Shown in pieces: positions 20,122-34,533 of a stretch of DNA of 64,000 nt. Numbering within the stretch: the first letter of the stretch is position 1; each line of letters begins with the position of its first letter. This stretch comes from a virus (Duplodnaviria > Caudoviricetes). The stretch covers positions 1 to 64,000 of the IMG/VR virus record IMGVR_UViG_3300001598_000036; one strand, given 5' to 3'. A program made the position numbers and the translations under genes. Under the pieces are notes generated by a model that saw only the letters and a list, made by a program, of their open reading frames with translations, did no database searches and was not told the DNA's origin.

Positions 20122-20908
20122 TGCTGCGGGATTATTCTTAGGTCAGCCGCAAAATTTTAAGGATAAATTTAAGGTTTACCCTCCTACAGTTAATGATGTT
20201 GTGAACAATCAAAAATTTCCACAGTATAGTACTATTTTTTTGATGACACAAGAAGAACTTGAAGATGAATTTATAGATAAAGTAGACGAGGAGGGTAATC
20301 CTTTATATATTCCTACTCCAATGGAATTTATGCTTGCTAATGCTTATAATAATAAAGAATTCGAAGCATTAGTATGTGAGGCTTTTGATTTTTTCATTCG
20401 AGAAAAAATAACTTTTTTATATGAAGAAAAAACTATTTTAATAGGAAATTTAGAAGAAGAATTAAATAGAGTCAATGAATTAATGCAAAAAAATAGTGAC
20501 ATTGATTTATCTCAAGAATTAATATTGCTAACAGAAGAGGAATATTTTGATTTTCAAAATATGATTCGTATATGTATAGGTCAAGAAGAAGAAAAGCCTT
20601 ATATATTTGAAGAAAACGAAAAAATACGTAAAATGAAAGCTAAAGCAAGATATCGTGATAAAGTAAAAGCCAAACAAGCATCTAAAAAAGGAGATACTCC
20701 TAATTTAGATACTATACTTGCTTCAATTTGCTGTATGGGCATTGGATTAAATCCACTTAATATTGGAGAGATAAGTTATGCGTCAATGCATAAAATTCTT
20801 AGTACATATCAAAAACATGAAAAATATGAAAATGATATTAAGAGTTTAATGGTCGGCGCGAAAGCAAAAGATTTAGATTTTAAATATTGGATTAGGAATT
20901 CTGATTAA
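20114..20908 (+). CDS. hypothetical tail assembly protein
   Basis: Intact ORF in the tail module. Confidence 0.65.
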   Translation: MINAAGLFLGQPQNFKDKFKVYPPTVNDVVNNQKFPQYSTIFLMTQEELEDEFIDKVDEEGNPLYIPTPMEFMLANAYNNKEFEALVCEAFDFFIREKITFLYEEKTILIGNLEEELNRVNELMQKNSDIDLSQELILLTEEEYFDFQNMIRICIGQEEEKPYIFEENEKIRKMKAKARYRDKVKAKQASKKGDTPNLDTILASICCMGIGLNPLNIGEISYASMHKILSTYQKHEKYENDIKSLMVGAKAKDLDFKYWIRNSD

Positions 20909-20932
20909 ACAAAATAAGGAGGCTATTTAACT

Positions 20933-21664
20933 ATGGCAAATATGTTTGATAGATATGGTATCAAAGAAGTATGCGATGTTACTTTTTATAAATTAAATAC
21001 AGATGGTTCACAGGGAGCTCCTGTACTTTATCTTGATACCCTGAAAGTTTCAACTATGGAACAAACTGCTGAAAACACTTCTGCTAGAGGTGGTAAAGGT
21101 AACCCAGAACTTATTATGTGGGACTACAATAAAGAAATCACAGTTACTCTGGAAGATGCTCTTTTCTCAGCTAAATCAATGGCTATGATGTTCGGAGATA
21201 ATGATGGAGTAGATAGTGCTACTAATAAAATTCAGAAAACTGTATTAGCTGGAAATATCGAAGGTTCAAAAGCAAAAATCAATGGTAAAGAATATGCTCT
21301 TCCAACAGATTCAGGAGATATTTCTTACTACAAGAATGACGGTACTGAAGGAACTTCAGCTTCATTTGATTTTGCAGTAATCAGCTTTACTCCACAGAAG
21401 GCTGAAAAGATTGAAATTTCTTACAATACATTCCCAGGAAGCTACAAGGTAATTGGTGATACTTATGCTAGAAGCGAAGCTTCTGGAGAAGATTCATTCT
21501 TCCAGTTAGTATTCAACAAGGCTAAGGTACAGAGCGAAGTTACTCTGACTATGGAAGCTGAAGGAGATCCATCAACATTCTCAATGAATCTTAAGATTCT
21601 GAGACCTGCTGGTGGAAGACCAATGGTTGAACTGATTAAGTACGACCTTACACCCTCAGCTTAA
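20933..21664 (+). CDS. major tail tube protein
   Basis: High-expression codon bias, ARGGKGN..LIMWD and EGDPSTFSM motifs, position. Confidence 0.7.
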   Translation: MANMFDRYGIKEVCDVTFYKLNTDGSQGAPVLYLDTLKVSTMEQTAENTSARGGKGNPELIMWDYNKEITVTLEDALFSAKSMAMMFGDNDGVDSATNKIQKTVLAGNIEGSKAKINGKEYALPTDSGDISYYKNDGTEGTSASFDFAVISFTPQKAEKIEISYNTFPGSYKVIGDTYARSEASGEDSFFQLVFNKAKVQSEVTLTMEAEGDPSTFSMNLKILRPAGGRPMVELIKYDLTPSA

Positions 21665-21781
21665 CTCGCCTGAACCTCCAGTAGCACAAAATAGCTACAT
21701 TCCTCCAGTTATAGACGAAGAGGAAGAGGAAATCCTCGAAGACGAGGAGTAGTTCTAGCGAAGGAACAGAATAAGAACTTT

Positions 21782-21812
21782 AGAGGTGGATGGTAGGCAT
21801 CCATCTCTTTTT
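21782..21812 (+). terminator. intrinsic terminator
   Basis: AGAGGTGGATG/CATCCATCTCT hairpin plus T-tract. Confidence 0.7.
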
Positions 21813-21831
21813 ATATCGGAGGAAGAAAATA

Positions 21832-22617
21832 ATGAATGATTCAAACTTTTCCTTCAAGGAGTTGTACGAATTGAAGTTAAAAGCTACTTATCCTATAGAG
21901 ATAGGTAAAAGGAAAATTGAATCTGGCGAAACTATTGCACTATTTGATAGAATTATGCTTTCTAATTTTAGAGAAATTCAATCAGTAGTAAGCGCCAACG
22001 GTGGATGAGATAATAGAGGATTAGTTTTTTGAGATAAAGTAAAAGAAGTTCAACTTTCTTTTACGCAAGGAGTATTCAATAAAGAACAATTTGCTTTATT
22101 ATCTGGCGCGCAATTAGTAGAAAAAGCTGAGAATTCAATTACCATAACCAATAGAGAATTATTAGAATCTGACGAAGAATGTCAGATTGAGTTAAAGGAG
22201 ATTCCTTCGGGAAGTATTTTTATTTATTCTGCGGCCGATGGTAGTAAATTAACATATCAAAAGATATCGGATAAAGTATATAAAATTAATACACAATATA
22301 CTGATGTAGTAGTGGATTATGAATATTTATATTCAAATAAAGCTAATTCTATTACTATTGGCAAAAAGATATTAAATGGATATATTCAGTTAGAAGGAAG
22401 AACAAAGATAAAAGAAGATGGTACGGGCGTAGTTCGTACAGGAATTATTAAGATTCCCAAACTTAAGGTTGTATCAGATTTATCTATGCGGCTGGGGCGT
22501 GAAGCTTCGCCAGTTGCCGGAAGTTTTAATGCGGTAGCTCTTCCAACTGGAGATAGAGGAAATAGTAAGGTTATGGATATACTCTTTTTGGATGATGATA
22601 TAGATAGTGATATTTAA
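21832..22617 (+). CDS. tail tube protein paralogue (TGA=Trp)
   Basis: ANGGWDNRGLVFWDKVKEVQLSFTQGVF aligns with ARGGKGNPELIMWDYNKEITVTLEDALF of the major tube protein. Confidence 0.65.
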
Positions 22618-22620
22618 TGA

Positions 22621-22656
22621 TAACACCAAATCTTTGGGGATTTGGTGTTATTTTTT
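22621..22656 (+). terminator. intrinsic terminator
   Basis: TAACACCAAATC/GATTTGGTGTTA hairpin plus T-tract. Confidence 0.7.
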
Positions 22657-22677
22657 ATTTAAAAGGAGGAAATTTGA

Positions 22678-25600
22678 ATGGCATCTAATCAAAATATTCG
22701 TATTAATATTGATTTAGTTGGAAATGCCTCTAAAGCGAAAGCAGCAATTAATCAAGTACAGTCTGCTTTGAATGGATTAAATACGGATAAACTTGGTAAA
22801 GGAGTAGGTAATACTGTTAGTAAACTTCAAAGTGAAATTAGTAAATTTGAAGAAACTGCTTATAAAGGTACTGCAGATACTAAAGATTTATCAAGTATGA
22901 CTCGTAATATTGAAAGTATTATAGGACTTACTAATAAATTACAAACAGAATTATCAAACGCTACTGGAAAAGAAATTAATTTAATTCCAGATAGTGATTT
23001 ACAACTTTTTCAAAAATTAAATAACGAAGTAAAGAATTATAATGCTGAAATATCTAAATCAGAAAAAATTCTTGCTAATTTAGAAAAAGATCAAAGTAAA
23101 AATATTAATAAAAGAGCAATTGCAAAACAAAATTTAAGAAGAGATTTTTTAGGTAAAACTTTAAATGACACTAGAGCAAACGAACTAGATGCTGAAAGAG
23201 CATTAAAATTAGCTAGTTTAAAGACACTATCAAAAAAACAAGATACTAAAGGATTGGATGAACAGGAAACCGCTTCTTTAGAAAAAATAAAAAGTGAATT
23301 ACAAGCTATTAACGCAGAAAGAGAGAAAATATACAGTAAAAAAGAATTATTTGATAGTAAAAGTTATAAAGATTTACAAAATGCAAATCAAGAATTAAAA
23401 AGTATTCAAGAAACTATTAATAAAATTGCTCAAGAAAGCACTGCAAAACTGCAAAGTGTGGCAAAAGTTATTCAAGAAGTAACTGGGCAAGATATGTCTA
23501 AAGTTACTTCTATAGAACAAATTACTCAAGTTATTAATAGTTTAGAAGCAGATAAAGTAGAACAAATTAGAACTAAATTGTTAGAAGCTGCTTCTGGTAT
23601 GGAACAATTAGGTAGCGAAGCTGGAAATACAAAAGGACAATTAAGTGATTATGCTACTGAAATAGATAAAGTTTCCTATTCCGCGCAACAAATGGCGCAA
23701 TTAAAAAATCAAGTTTTATCTTTCTTTAGTGTTGGGAATGGTATTCAATTATTTAAACGAATGGTTCGTAGCGCAGTTGATACTATTTCTGATTTAGATA
23801 AAGCTATGACAGAAACTGCAGTAGTAACTGATTTTTCAGTTTCTGATATGTGGAGTAGATTACGTGAGTATACTGATTTAGCCAATGAATTAGGAGCAAC
23901 TACACAAGGAGCTTATGAAACTATGACTCTGTATTATCAACAGGGCTTAGATACTAAAGCTTCATTTGAACTTGGCGAAGAAACTATGAAGATGGCTCGT
24001 ATTGCTGGTATGGATTATACCGAAGCAACAGATATGATGACCGCCGCGCTTCGTGGTTTTAATATGGAACTTAATGCAACTTCTGCAAAACATATTAATG
24101 ATGTATATTCAGAATTAGCTGCTATTACCGCTTCTGATACTTATGAAATTTCAGAAGCTATGACTCGTACAGCATCTATCGCAGCAAGTGCTGGATTAGA
24201 TTTTGATATAGCATCAGCTTATCTCGCTGAAGCAATAGAAACAACTAGAGAAGCTCCAGAAAATATTGGTACTGCAATGAAGACTATTGTTGCTAGATTT
24301 GCGGGACTTACAAAAGATCCAGCTGAATTATCTCAAGATATGAGAGATGCATTAGAAGGAGAAGTAGTAGAAGCAAATAGAGTAGAAGCAGCATTACGTT
24401 CTGCTGGAGTCCAAGCAAGAGATTCAAATGGAGAATTTAGAAATTTATCCGATGTATTTCTTGAATTAAATGCTAAATGAGATTCGTTAGATTTAATGAC
24501 TCAACGTTATGTAGCTACGCAGGCTGCTGGTACTAGACAACAATCTCGTTTTATCGCGATGATGCAGAATTACGATAGAACAATGGAATTAGTTAACGCC
24601 GCACAAAATAGTGCGGGAGCATCACAAAGACAGTTTGAAAAAACTTTAGATTCAATGGAAGCTAAAGTTAATAGACTCAAAAATGCTTGAAATGAATTTA
24701 TTATGAATATCACCAATAGTGATATGGTAAAAGCTGGTATTGATGCGTTAACTGGATTTTTAAATGTTTTAAATCAAATAGGAGAAAAACTTACAAAATT
24801 AGTACCTGGTCAATTCTTTGATGGAATAGCTAAATCTTTATTAAATATTTCTATGATTATTGCATCTATGAAAATAGGTGGATCTATTTTAAATGGAGAT
24901 ATTTTTAGAGGTGCAATTGGAAAAGATAGAAAGCAAAATAAATGAGGTTTATCTGGTATAAATGAAAACTTTAATAAAGGATGAGAAGAACAGAAAAAAC
25001 AAAAAACTTTTAATTGAACAGAAGGAACAAATATTTCTTCGGAAGCAATTAAACAAGGCAAAGATTTTACTTCTACATTATCTAGAACTTTAACCAATAA
25101 TAGTAATTTAAAAATTGCTAATAAAGAATTAACTAAAAATTTATTAAAAATTACTCCAGAAAATGCTAGAGAATTTACTCAAAGTTTAATTAATACATCT
25201 AATACTGCTATAGCTAAAGTATTGGGAAGCATGAAAAATCAAAAACTTCCTAATATGTTTGTAGAAGATTTTAAATCACAAATAAATTATGATGGTTTAA
25301 ATGAAGCCGGAAAATCAATGGCTGATAAAACTATTAATGGATTTTTAGAACAAACTAAAAATGGAGATTGAAGAGGATTAGAAGATTTTACTAAAGTAGC
25401 TAATCAATTAAATACTGGTAAAACTTATAATCCTGGAAAAACCTTACCTGATCAGTCAAAAATAGCTCCATTAGCACAAGGTTTACAAACAATTAGCACA
25501 AATGCTCAAATGGCTGGCTCTAGTCTAATGGGAATGGGACAAGCATTATCTGCCGCTGGTTTTGAAAAAACTGCTACAGTTTGCTATTTATTAGGAAGCG

Positions 25601-28600
25601 CTTTAAATGGTATAGGCGCTGCAGCGACTGGTGCGGCAGCGTTAGTTCAAAAATTATCCTTTGTATTACAAGGAGAAACTGCTGCTACTTTAGCTAGTGC
25701 TATTGCAGAAAAAGCTAAAAATACGGCACAAGCAGCAAGTATTATAATAAAAGGTGGATTAGCTGGAGTTACTGAAGTTTTAGCTGCTGCAGAAATGGCT
25801 GAAGCTACGGGTGCAGAAGCTGCTACCGTTGCTCAATGACAATTAAATGCTGCAATGTTAGCAAATCCAGTAGGATTCTTTATAGCTGCAATAGTAGCAT
25901 TAACTGCGGCATTAGCCGGATTAACAGTTGGAGCAGTTAAAGCATATCAAGCTATATCTGGTAAACTAGATGGCTCTACAGAATTAGAGAAAACATCAGC
26001 TGCCGCCACTCAAGCGCAAGCAGTTTTAAATGAAACTCAAAATGCCTATAATAAATTACATGAAGGAGCAATTAATTTAGAAGAACTTCAAAATGGTTTT
26101 GATGGATTGGTTGAAGGAACAAATGCTTGAAATGAGCAAATGTTAAAAACTAATGATAGTATAATTAAATTATGCGATCAATTTCCAAAACTATTAAAAT
26201 ATACAGAAACTCTTTCTAATGGTTTAATGGAAATTAAACCTGAAGGATTAGAAGAAGTTTTAAAGCAACAACAAAAAGCCTTAGCTAACGCTTCTGCTTT
26301 AAGTAGTATAGCTTCAGGTAGAGAAGCGAAAGCGCAGTCAAAAGTTGATTCTATTCAAGAATTTAATAATTTATCTTCCAAAACAGTAGATAAAACTGAT
26401 ATAGAACGCATTAAAAACATTCAAGAGCAAGGTATGCAAGAATATCTTAGTTCTTTAGAATTAGGAATGTCTACTATTGTAGCTACTACAGATGGAGTTT
26501 CTGATAAATATTCAGAAGGAATAAGTCAAATATTAGCTAATCAATATGAAAACTCCGTTAATGCTCAACTTGAAGAAATGCGAGGCTTTGATGGAAAATC
26601 TAGAAAAGATATTAAAAAAGCATGAGCTAAAGCAAATGGTTGAACTTGAAAAGAAAAAAATACTTATACAAATGATGCTACTGGCGCAGAACAAGAATTT
26701 GATTGAAAAACTGTAAAGCAAGGATATGCGGATACAAAAGCATTAGAGCAAGCATCTAAATCAGCGGAAGAATTATCTGCTCAATTAACTAGAGCCGATT
26801 TAAGTGCATCAAAACTATTTAAGAATTTAAAGGGTGCAGATAATACAAATGTATTTTCTAAATTATTAAGTAAAGATTCTACAATAGATGCTGATACTAT
26901 TAATAAATTACAAAAAGATAAAAATGTAGATAAACTAGTAAATAAATATAGAAAATCTGTCGGCGATAAAGAATTTGCTAAAGCATTATCTAATTATTTA
27001 GGAGTGAATTTAGATGAGGTTGAAGGAGATTTAGATAAATACGAAAAACAATTAAAAAAGACTCTTAAAAATAATGTTGATGACATTCAAAAAGCTCAAG
27101 CCGAACAAGCAAAAGAATTAGCGACATTACTTGCTTTTACACAAGATAGAAAAGATAATCAAGGATTTAATAAAAAATTAAATAAATCAAATGAAAAAAG
27201 AATTGCAAAATTTATTGATAATCTTAATACTCAACAAAGAGAATTTTTATCAAGTACTGCTTCACAAATAAACAATGCTTTAGGTAGAGATGCTACAAAT
27301 ACCTTCTTAGATACAATGCAAGAAATGTATCAAAAAACTAGAGGAGATGAAGGAAATAGAGCATTAATAGAAGCTCAAGAGTGAATTAGTACAATAGATT
27401 GAAATAATCCAATAACCGCCGCTGAAATGCTTAGCGAAGGATTAGATTCAAACAATAAAAAGATAAAAGAATTTAGTAAAAATATATTAGATGCTGGCGA
27501 TGATTGTATTAGCGCCGCTCGTCAAGTACAGTATTTTCTTACTTCTGCTGATTATGAAGAATTAAGCGAAGATGTTCAAGACTTTATAGATACAAATGGA
27601 GAAGTAACTGCAGATAATATTAGAGAAATGGCTAATGAAAATTCTGCTCTTAGAACGGTTATGGAAAATACCAACACATCTGCTACAACAATGGCGATGT
27701 TATTTACTAAATTAGGTAAAGATGGTAGTTTTGCAATTACAAGTATAACCGATACTTTATTAAATTTATTATCTGGTTTTGGACAATTAGAAGATACTAT
27801 AGCTGATACTATTAATGAATTAGAAAATTTTAATCCTGGAATTGATGAAGGCGCTGCCGCAGACGCTCTTGGAGAATGAGTAGAAGCTATTAATGGTTTT
27901 TGACAGAATGGAGAATATGGTAATTCACAATTACAGAACTATTTAAAGAAAGTATTTGGCGGAGATGTATGAGATCAAGCGGTTAGTGAAGCTAATGGTA
28001 ATATAGCAGAAGCAGAAGCTAAATTAGTAGATAGAGTTCAAAAATTTGGTGGTGGAGATTTATCTGCTGCTTGAATGGATTTAGCTAATAATTCTTCCGC
28101 GCAAAAAGCGTTAGAAAAATATCGTATTAGCGTAAAACAAACTGCTGAAGGTATTAGCGTTACTGATTTAGGAGGAGATAAACTTACTCATACAACTAAA
28201 GAATTAATTGCCGCAATTGCAGACGCATATAAAGTAGATCCTACTACCGCAGCCGCGATGGTAGCAGATATTAAAAATTTCTCAGCGGATGCCGCACAAG
28301 AATTACAGGCTGCTGATATTAAAGCGTCTGTTATTGGAAAGAATAGTAAATTTGCTCAATCACTAGAAACTCAATTTACTAATTCTCATAATTCTCTTGT
28401 AAAAGGAAATAAAATTTTAGCTAGTGATTTAAGAAATACTGCTGAAATTTTAAATAGTACTAGTAATTTTGGTAAAACTGATCAAATAGAATATTGAAAT
28501 TCAGTAATTAAAAATTTAGGATTAGATGAAGATTTAACTAAACAAATAAATATTGAATCTTATATTACTAAAAAAGGTGATATGGATATTGATAAATTAT

Positions 28601-31600
28601 TAAAAGATTTAGAAAAACTTGATTCTAATTCCATGCATAAAGTAATAATCGATCCTCAAATAGATAAAAATGGTAATATTAAAGTTGGCAACTTTATTAA
28701 ACAATTAAATCAATGATCAAAAGGAAATGGCGGAGAAGAACATTGATTATCTAATTTTGCTAATAGTCGAGGAGTAGTTAACGCCACAGATGCCGCAAGA
28801 CAATTAAGAGAAGAATTTAGTTTAACCGATGATCAAATACAACAAGTATTAGAAAATCGTTCCGAAAAAGGCTGAGAGTTTGATGTAAAACCAGAAGTTG
28901 CGTTAGATAACTTAAACATGGAAGATCAAATAGATGAGTATCGTCCAATGGGTAAGGCTATTGCTCAAGAATTAATTCAAGGTATTAAAGATGAATTAAC
29001 AAGTACTGGTATTGGTGGTTTTATTAATAGTTTATTTGAACCTTATACTGTTAATGCTGAAGAAGCTGGTACTACAGCTGGATTAAGATTCAAGCTTGGA
29101 TTTTTTAAAGTATTAAAAGTTGTATTTTCTGGCGCAGGATTAATTGGTATATTTACAATTTTCTGAAAAACTTTAAAGAAAATTGGCCAAAAATTAGGAA
29201 TTACTTCTTCTAAATCTAGTGCATTTTCCAAAGTAGGAAAAGGTATCGTAAAAGGTATTATTTCTGGTATTAAAAAAGGAAGTAAGGCAATATTAAAAGC
29301 TATACAAGGTATATTTAAACCAATTAGCAAAATATTGGAAAAAACTTTAGGGAAAACTAATTTTGGTAAAACTATTTCTAAAACTATAGGAAAAAAATCT
29401 AAAATACCAAAAGAAAAAACAACATATGCTACTAGAGGAAAAGATGGAAAACTTCATTACGCCACTGGCGAAAAGAAAGGTCAATACGTTTCAAAAAGTG
29501 ATAAAAATGTAAAAGAAATAACCAAAGAAGAAGCAAAACAATTAAAACAAAGAAAAGAAAGAAATAAAAAATTCTTAAAATCTACAGAAAAAGAAAAGAA
29601 AACACAGCAGAAAAAGACTAAAAATATTGAAAGAAAATCTATTTCACAAAAAGCTAAAGAGATTACCAAATCAAAAACATCCAATATAAAAACTGGAACA
29701 AAAGAAAAAATCTCTACTGTTTCTGGAAAAGGAAAAGGATTATTATCTAAAATTGGTAATAAACCAACTAATAATTTAGAAAAATTCATTAGTGGTAAAA
29801 AAGGTAATCTTAGTAAATTAGCTCCTGCTTCAAAAGGACTTTTACGTGGTTTAGGAGCGGTTGGAACTGCTGTTACAGTTGCAGAAGGAGTTAAAAATTA
29901 TTCTAAAGCAAAAACTACTAAAGGCAAAGGAAAAGCTATTGGTCAGACAGGCGGAACTCTTGCTGGAGCAGCTTTAGGAGCAAAATTAGGTGCTACTGCT
30001 GGAACTTTTGTTGGAGGACCTGTTGGAACTGCCGTAGGTGGATTAGTTGGTGGCGGAATAGGAGCAATTGCCGGATCTAAAGCTGGTAGATTTTTAGGCG
30101 GATACGCAGTTAGCAAAGGTAAACAAGCTAAAAATTTCGTATTTGGTAATAAAAAAACTGGAGAAAAAGATATCTTTGGTAAGATTGCTAGTAAAGGCAA
30201 AAGTATTAAAGATTTTGTATTTGGAAATAAAAAAACAGGACAAAAGAGTTTAGCTGGAAAAGTTTTAGATTTTCAAGGTAAATGAAATAAAAATAAAGCA
30301 ATTGGTAAAGACGGAGATCAAAAAGGTCTTACCGGTGCAATAAATAATTTAATTTCCGCATTAAACGCAAATACTCGTGCACTTGGCGGAAAACCAGCAG
30401 AAACAAAAACTACAAAAGGTAATCAAATTTCAAGTAAACTAAAATCAATTGGCTCAATTGGTAAAAACGTTTTAGGAAATGTAGGAAAAAATATATTAAA
30501 ATTTAATCCTATTGGAAAATCTTTAAAAACTTTAAATTTAGGAAAGAATTTACTTGGTAAAATAAAACTTCCTTCACTTAAAAATTTATTCGGAAAAGGA
30601 AAAGGTAGTGGACAAACCGTAAAAGTAAATAAAGTTACAGGATTAAAATCTGCTGTAAAAACTGGACTTGCAAAAGTTAATCCAAAATTAAAAATAGAAA
30701 AAGTTAGTGTTAAAAGTTTAAAATCAAAAGTACAAGAAACGGTAGATAAAGCAAAACCGAAATTAACAATTAATAAAGTTAAAACTTCAGGTATTAAAAA
30801 ACAAATTAACGAAGCCGTATCTAATTTAGAACCTAAACTAAAAATTAAAGTAACTACTTCTGGTATTAAAAATTTACCACAACAAGCTACTACTATAAAG
30901 GAAAGTTTTGATAAGATTAAAGGAATAAAGAGTTTTGATAGACATATAACAGTTACTACTGCTGGTACTAGTCAAGTTAAAACTATTGCTGATTCTCTTT
31001 CAAAATTAAAATCAATAGGACAAGGAGATTTTTCAAAAACTGTTAAAGTTGATACTCCTGGTGTTGATAAATTACCAGATAAAGTTAAAACTATTAAAAC
31101 AGCATTACAAGATGTAAATACTTTAAATGATGTTAAAAAGAGTTTAACTGTAGATGTAAGTGGTCAGAAAAAAGCTAAGACTGCCGCAAATGCTTTAGCT
31201 AAAGCTGCATCAGTTGGAGATAATTTAAATAAGACCATAACAGTTAATCTTAAGAAGCCTGATAATTTCGCGGACGATATAAAAGAAATTAAGAAAGGTT
31301 TTAAAGAAGTTAATAAGATTAAAAATGTTTCTAAAACAGTAGATATTAAAGTATCAGGTCAGAAAAAAGTACAAACTGCCGCGAAGAATTATAATAAACT
31401 TTCTGAAGAGCCAAATAAATTAAATAAGACTGCTACTGTTAAAGTTGATGCTTCCGGAGTTAAAAAACAAACGAATAAAGCAACTAAAGCATTTGACGAA
31501 ATAAATAAGATTAAAGATGTAACTAAAAAAATTACTATTCAAACTTCAGGAGTAAATAAAGCTGCGGCCGCTGCTAAAAATTTAACTCAGTTAAATAAAA

Positions 31601-34533
31601 TTGGTAATATTAATAAAACTTTAAAAATTAATAATAGTGCAGCAATTAGCAAAATAAACGCTGTTAAAAAGAAATGAAGTAGTTGATCACCTGGCACTAA
31701 AAAATTAAATATTAAAGTAACAAAAGTAAATAAAACAATTACTATTTCTGGTTCCGCTAAAGGTAGTGTTAGAATTAAAACCACTGCAAAAGGTAAAAAT
31801 ACTACTAAAAAATCAAAAGGAAGCACTCCAAAAGGTAAAAAAAGAAGAACAAGTGGTGCATCCGGACAAAATCTAGGATCCGCCGCACAAGGCGCGCAGC
31901 GTGGTAAACTTGGTCCAAGAGGTAAAGGAGGCCCAACTCTTACAGGAGAACTTGGGCAAGAAATGGTTTGAGAACCAGATACTTCAAGTTCATATCTTGT
32001 TGGTACTAATGGTCCTGAAGTAGTTGATTTACCTAAAAATGCAGTTGTATGACCACATAATCAAACCGAACAGATTCTTAAAGGTGAAAATCATAAGGAA
32101 TTAAATAGTAACGCTTTTGGTAGTGCATTTACTGGCTATGGTAATCCTTTTGGCAGTGGTAGTGTAGATGGCAATACCAAAACAACTACTACAAAAACAA
32201 CATCATCTAAAAAAAGCAAGAAAAAGAATAAAAAATCTAATGATAAATGAGAAAATCCATATGATAAATATTATAATCTCCAAAGAAAAATAACAAAAGA
32301 AATACGCGTACGAGAACAGCTTGAAAATAGATATAATCGTATGCTTAAACAGCGCAATTCATCAATTAAAGACTTAACAAAGAATATAGAAGAACAAATT
32401 GCTACTTTAGCTCAAACAATTAAAGACGCTAAGTCTATGATGACTAAAAAAGAAGCTCAAGCTGAAAAAGTAGAAGATAAAGTAATCACCGCTGGATACT
32501 CTAAGAGTAGTAAAGGAAAATATGTTAAAAAAGATGATGGCGGATATAGAAAAGCAACTAAAAAAGAATTAAAGAATAGTAAAATTCAAAAATATAAAAA
32601 GAATGCTGGTGCTATACAAAAGAATTTATCTGATTATGCTTATTGAGATGAAGAAAGCCATCGTGTAATAATTAATCAATCTAAAATTCAACAGATTGAA
32701 ACTAACTCAAAGAAAAAAGGAACGACTGGCAAATATTGAGCAGCATTTGGTAAAAAAGTTGAAAAATGGATAAGTGAATTAGAAGAATACCAAGATGCTT
32801 ACGAAGAAGCTGAAGACGCTTTAGAAGATGCTATAGATGATTTAGTAGAAATGGAAAGTGAAGCATTAACTACCATAGCAGATTTAGATGGGCAAATTCG
32901 CGATGCAATTATTGATTTGCGTCAACAAGAAATTGATAAATTATCTGATGTAAATGATTCAATTAACACTGCAAATGATAGAATTCTTAAGTCGATTAAT
33001 AAAGCTGTTAATAAATTAAGACGCGATAGAGATAATAAAGAAACAGAAACTGATTTAGCAGAAAAAGAAAGACGTTTAGCATATTTAAAACAAGATACTT
33101 CTGGCGCGAATGCTTTAGAGATTAAACAGTTAGAAGAAGAAATTAAAAATGCAAAACAAGATTATCAAGATGAATTAGTCGACCAAGCAATAGAAGACTT
33201 TGAAGATGCTAATGAAGAAGCTTCAGAGCAAAGAGAGAGAATGATTGAATTGCTTGAGGATAAACTTGATGCAGATCAAATGAATGGCGTTATTAATTCT
33301 ATGATTGAACGACTTAAAAATGAGAGTATTATTGATGGAGAATTTAGTGAAGATTCCAATTTAGGAAAATTATTTAAGAATACTACTAATTATTTGCGTG
33401 GAACTGATAACGAACGAACAAAACAATTAAATGATATTATTTCTGCTATTAAGGCAGCTTATGTTGCTCAGACAATTACTTTACCGCAAGTTGCTATACA
33501 AAACGCTTTAAATTCTTCTAGGGAAAATGGTGGAAAACCTGCTAATATTGCTGGCGCAACTGATAGTAGTGGTTCTGCTAAAGGAGTACAAGCTGTAGCA
33601 GGTTCTAGTGGAAACTATTTATTACAAGATGGAAAAGCATATTCCACTGATGCATTAACTCAAGATTCTAGTGGTAATTGAAATTTAGATACTTCACAAA
33701 CTTATCAGCGAACTGGAGCTGATATGGGAATAGATGGTACTGTAGATGATGAAAGATTTGGATTTGTTACTGCAGATGGTCAAGAACGCTGAGGTCAATT
33801 AGATACTAAAAATAATACTATTACAGTTGGTAATACTACATATAAAGATATAAAAGAAGTAGGAGAAGGAGATAATGTTAGTATTGTAAGTTCTACTAAA
33901 ACTTTTGGCAACGGAAAAGCTCCATGAGATTATACTTCTACAGGAAAAATGTGGAATAATAATACTTACAAACGTATAGCTTCAGCTCAATATTTATATC
34001 GTGATTTAGGTTATTCTTCTGATGTTTCTGGTAAATTAAATGGTGTAAAAACATTTAAAAATTACGCTTCAAAAGCAGGATTAACTATATCTTCTGGATC
34101 AGCAAAAAAGAACAAAAAAGACAAAAAGAAAACTGCTTATATTAAAGGAGCAAGTTATTTAAATCAATTCAAAACTCTTCAAGGAAAAACTATTGGTAAT
34201 GATGGAAAAATTTATAAAACAGGCGGCCTTGCTGATTATACAGGCCCAGCTTGGATTGATGGCACCCCTTCAAAACCAGAATTAGTACTTAATGCAAAAG
34301 ATACTTCTAATTTTATTCAATTAAAAGATATTTTAGCCGATATAATGAAAAATAATGGAATATCTACTAATACTGCTAATACAACAACTACAAATGATAC
34401 ATTTAATATATCAGTAAATGTAGATAGCATAGCAAATGATTATGATGTATCAAAATTAGTAACTCAAATCAAAAAAGAAATTACCAAAGAATCAAAATAT
34501 AGAAATGTAAATCAACTTCATCGTTTAAGATAG
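22678..34533 (+). CDS. tape measure protein, about 3951 aa (TGA=Trp)
   Basis: All 14 plus-strand track fragments share one frame and all but the last end in TGA. TP901-type TMP domain (LDKAMTETAVV...IGTAMKT) and C-terminal GGLADYTGPAWIDG..PELVL. Confidence 0.88.
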
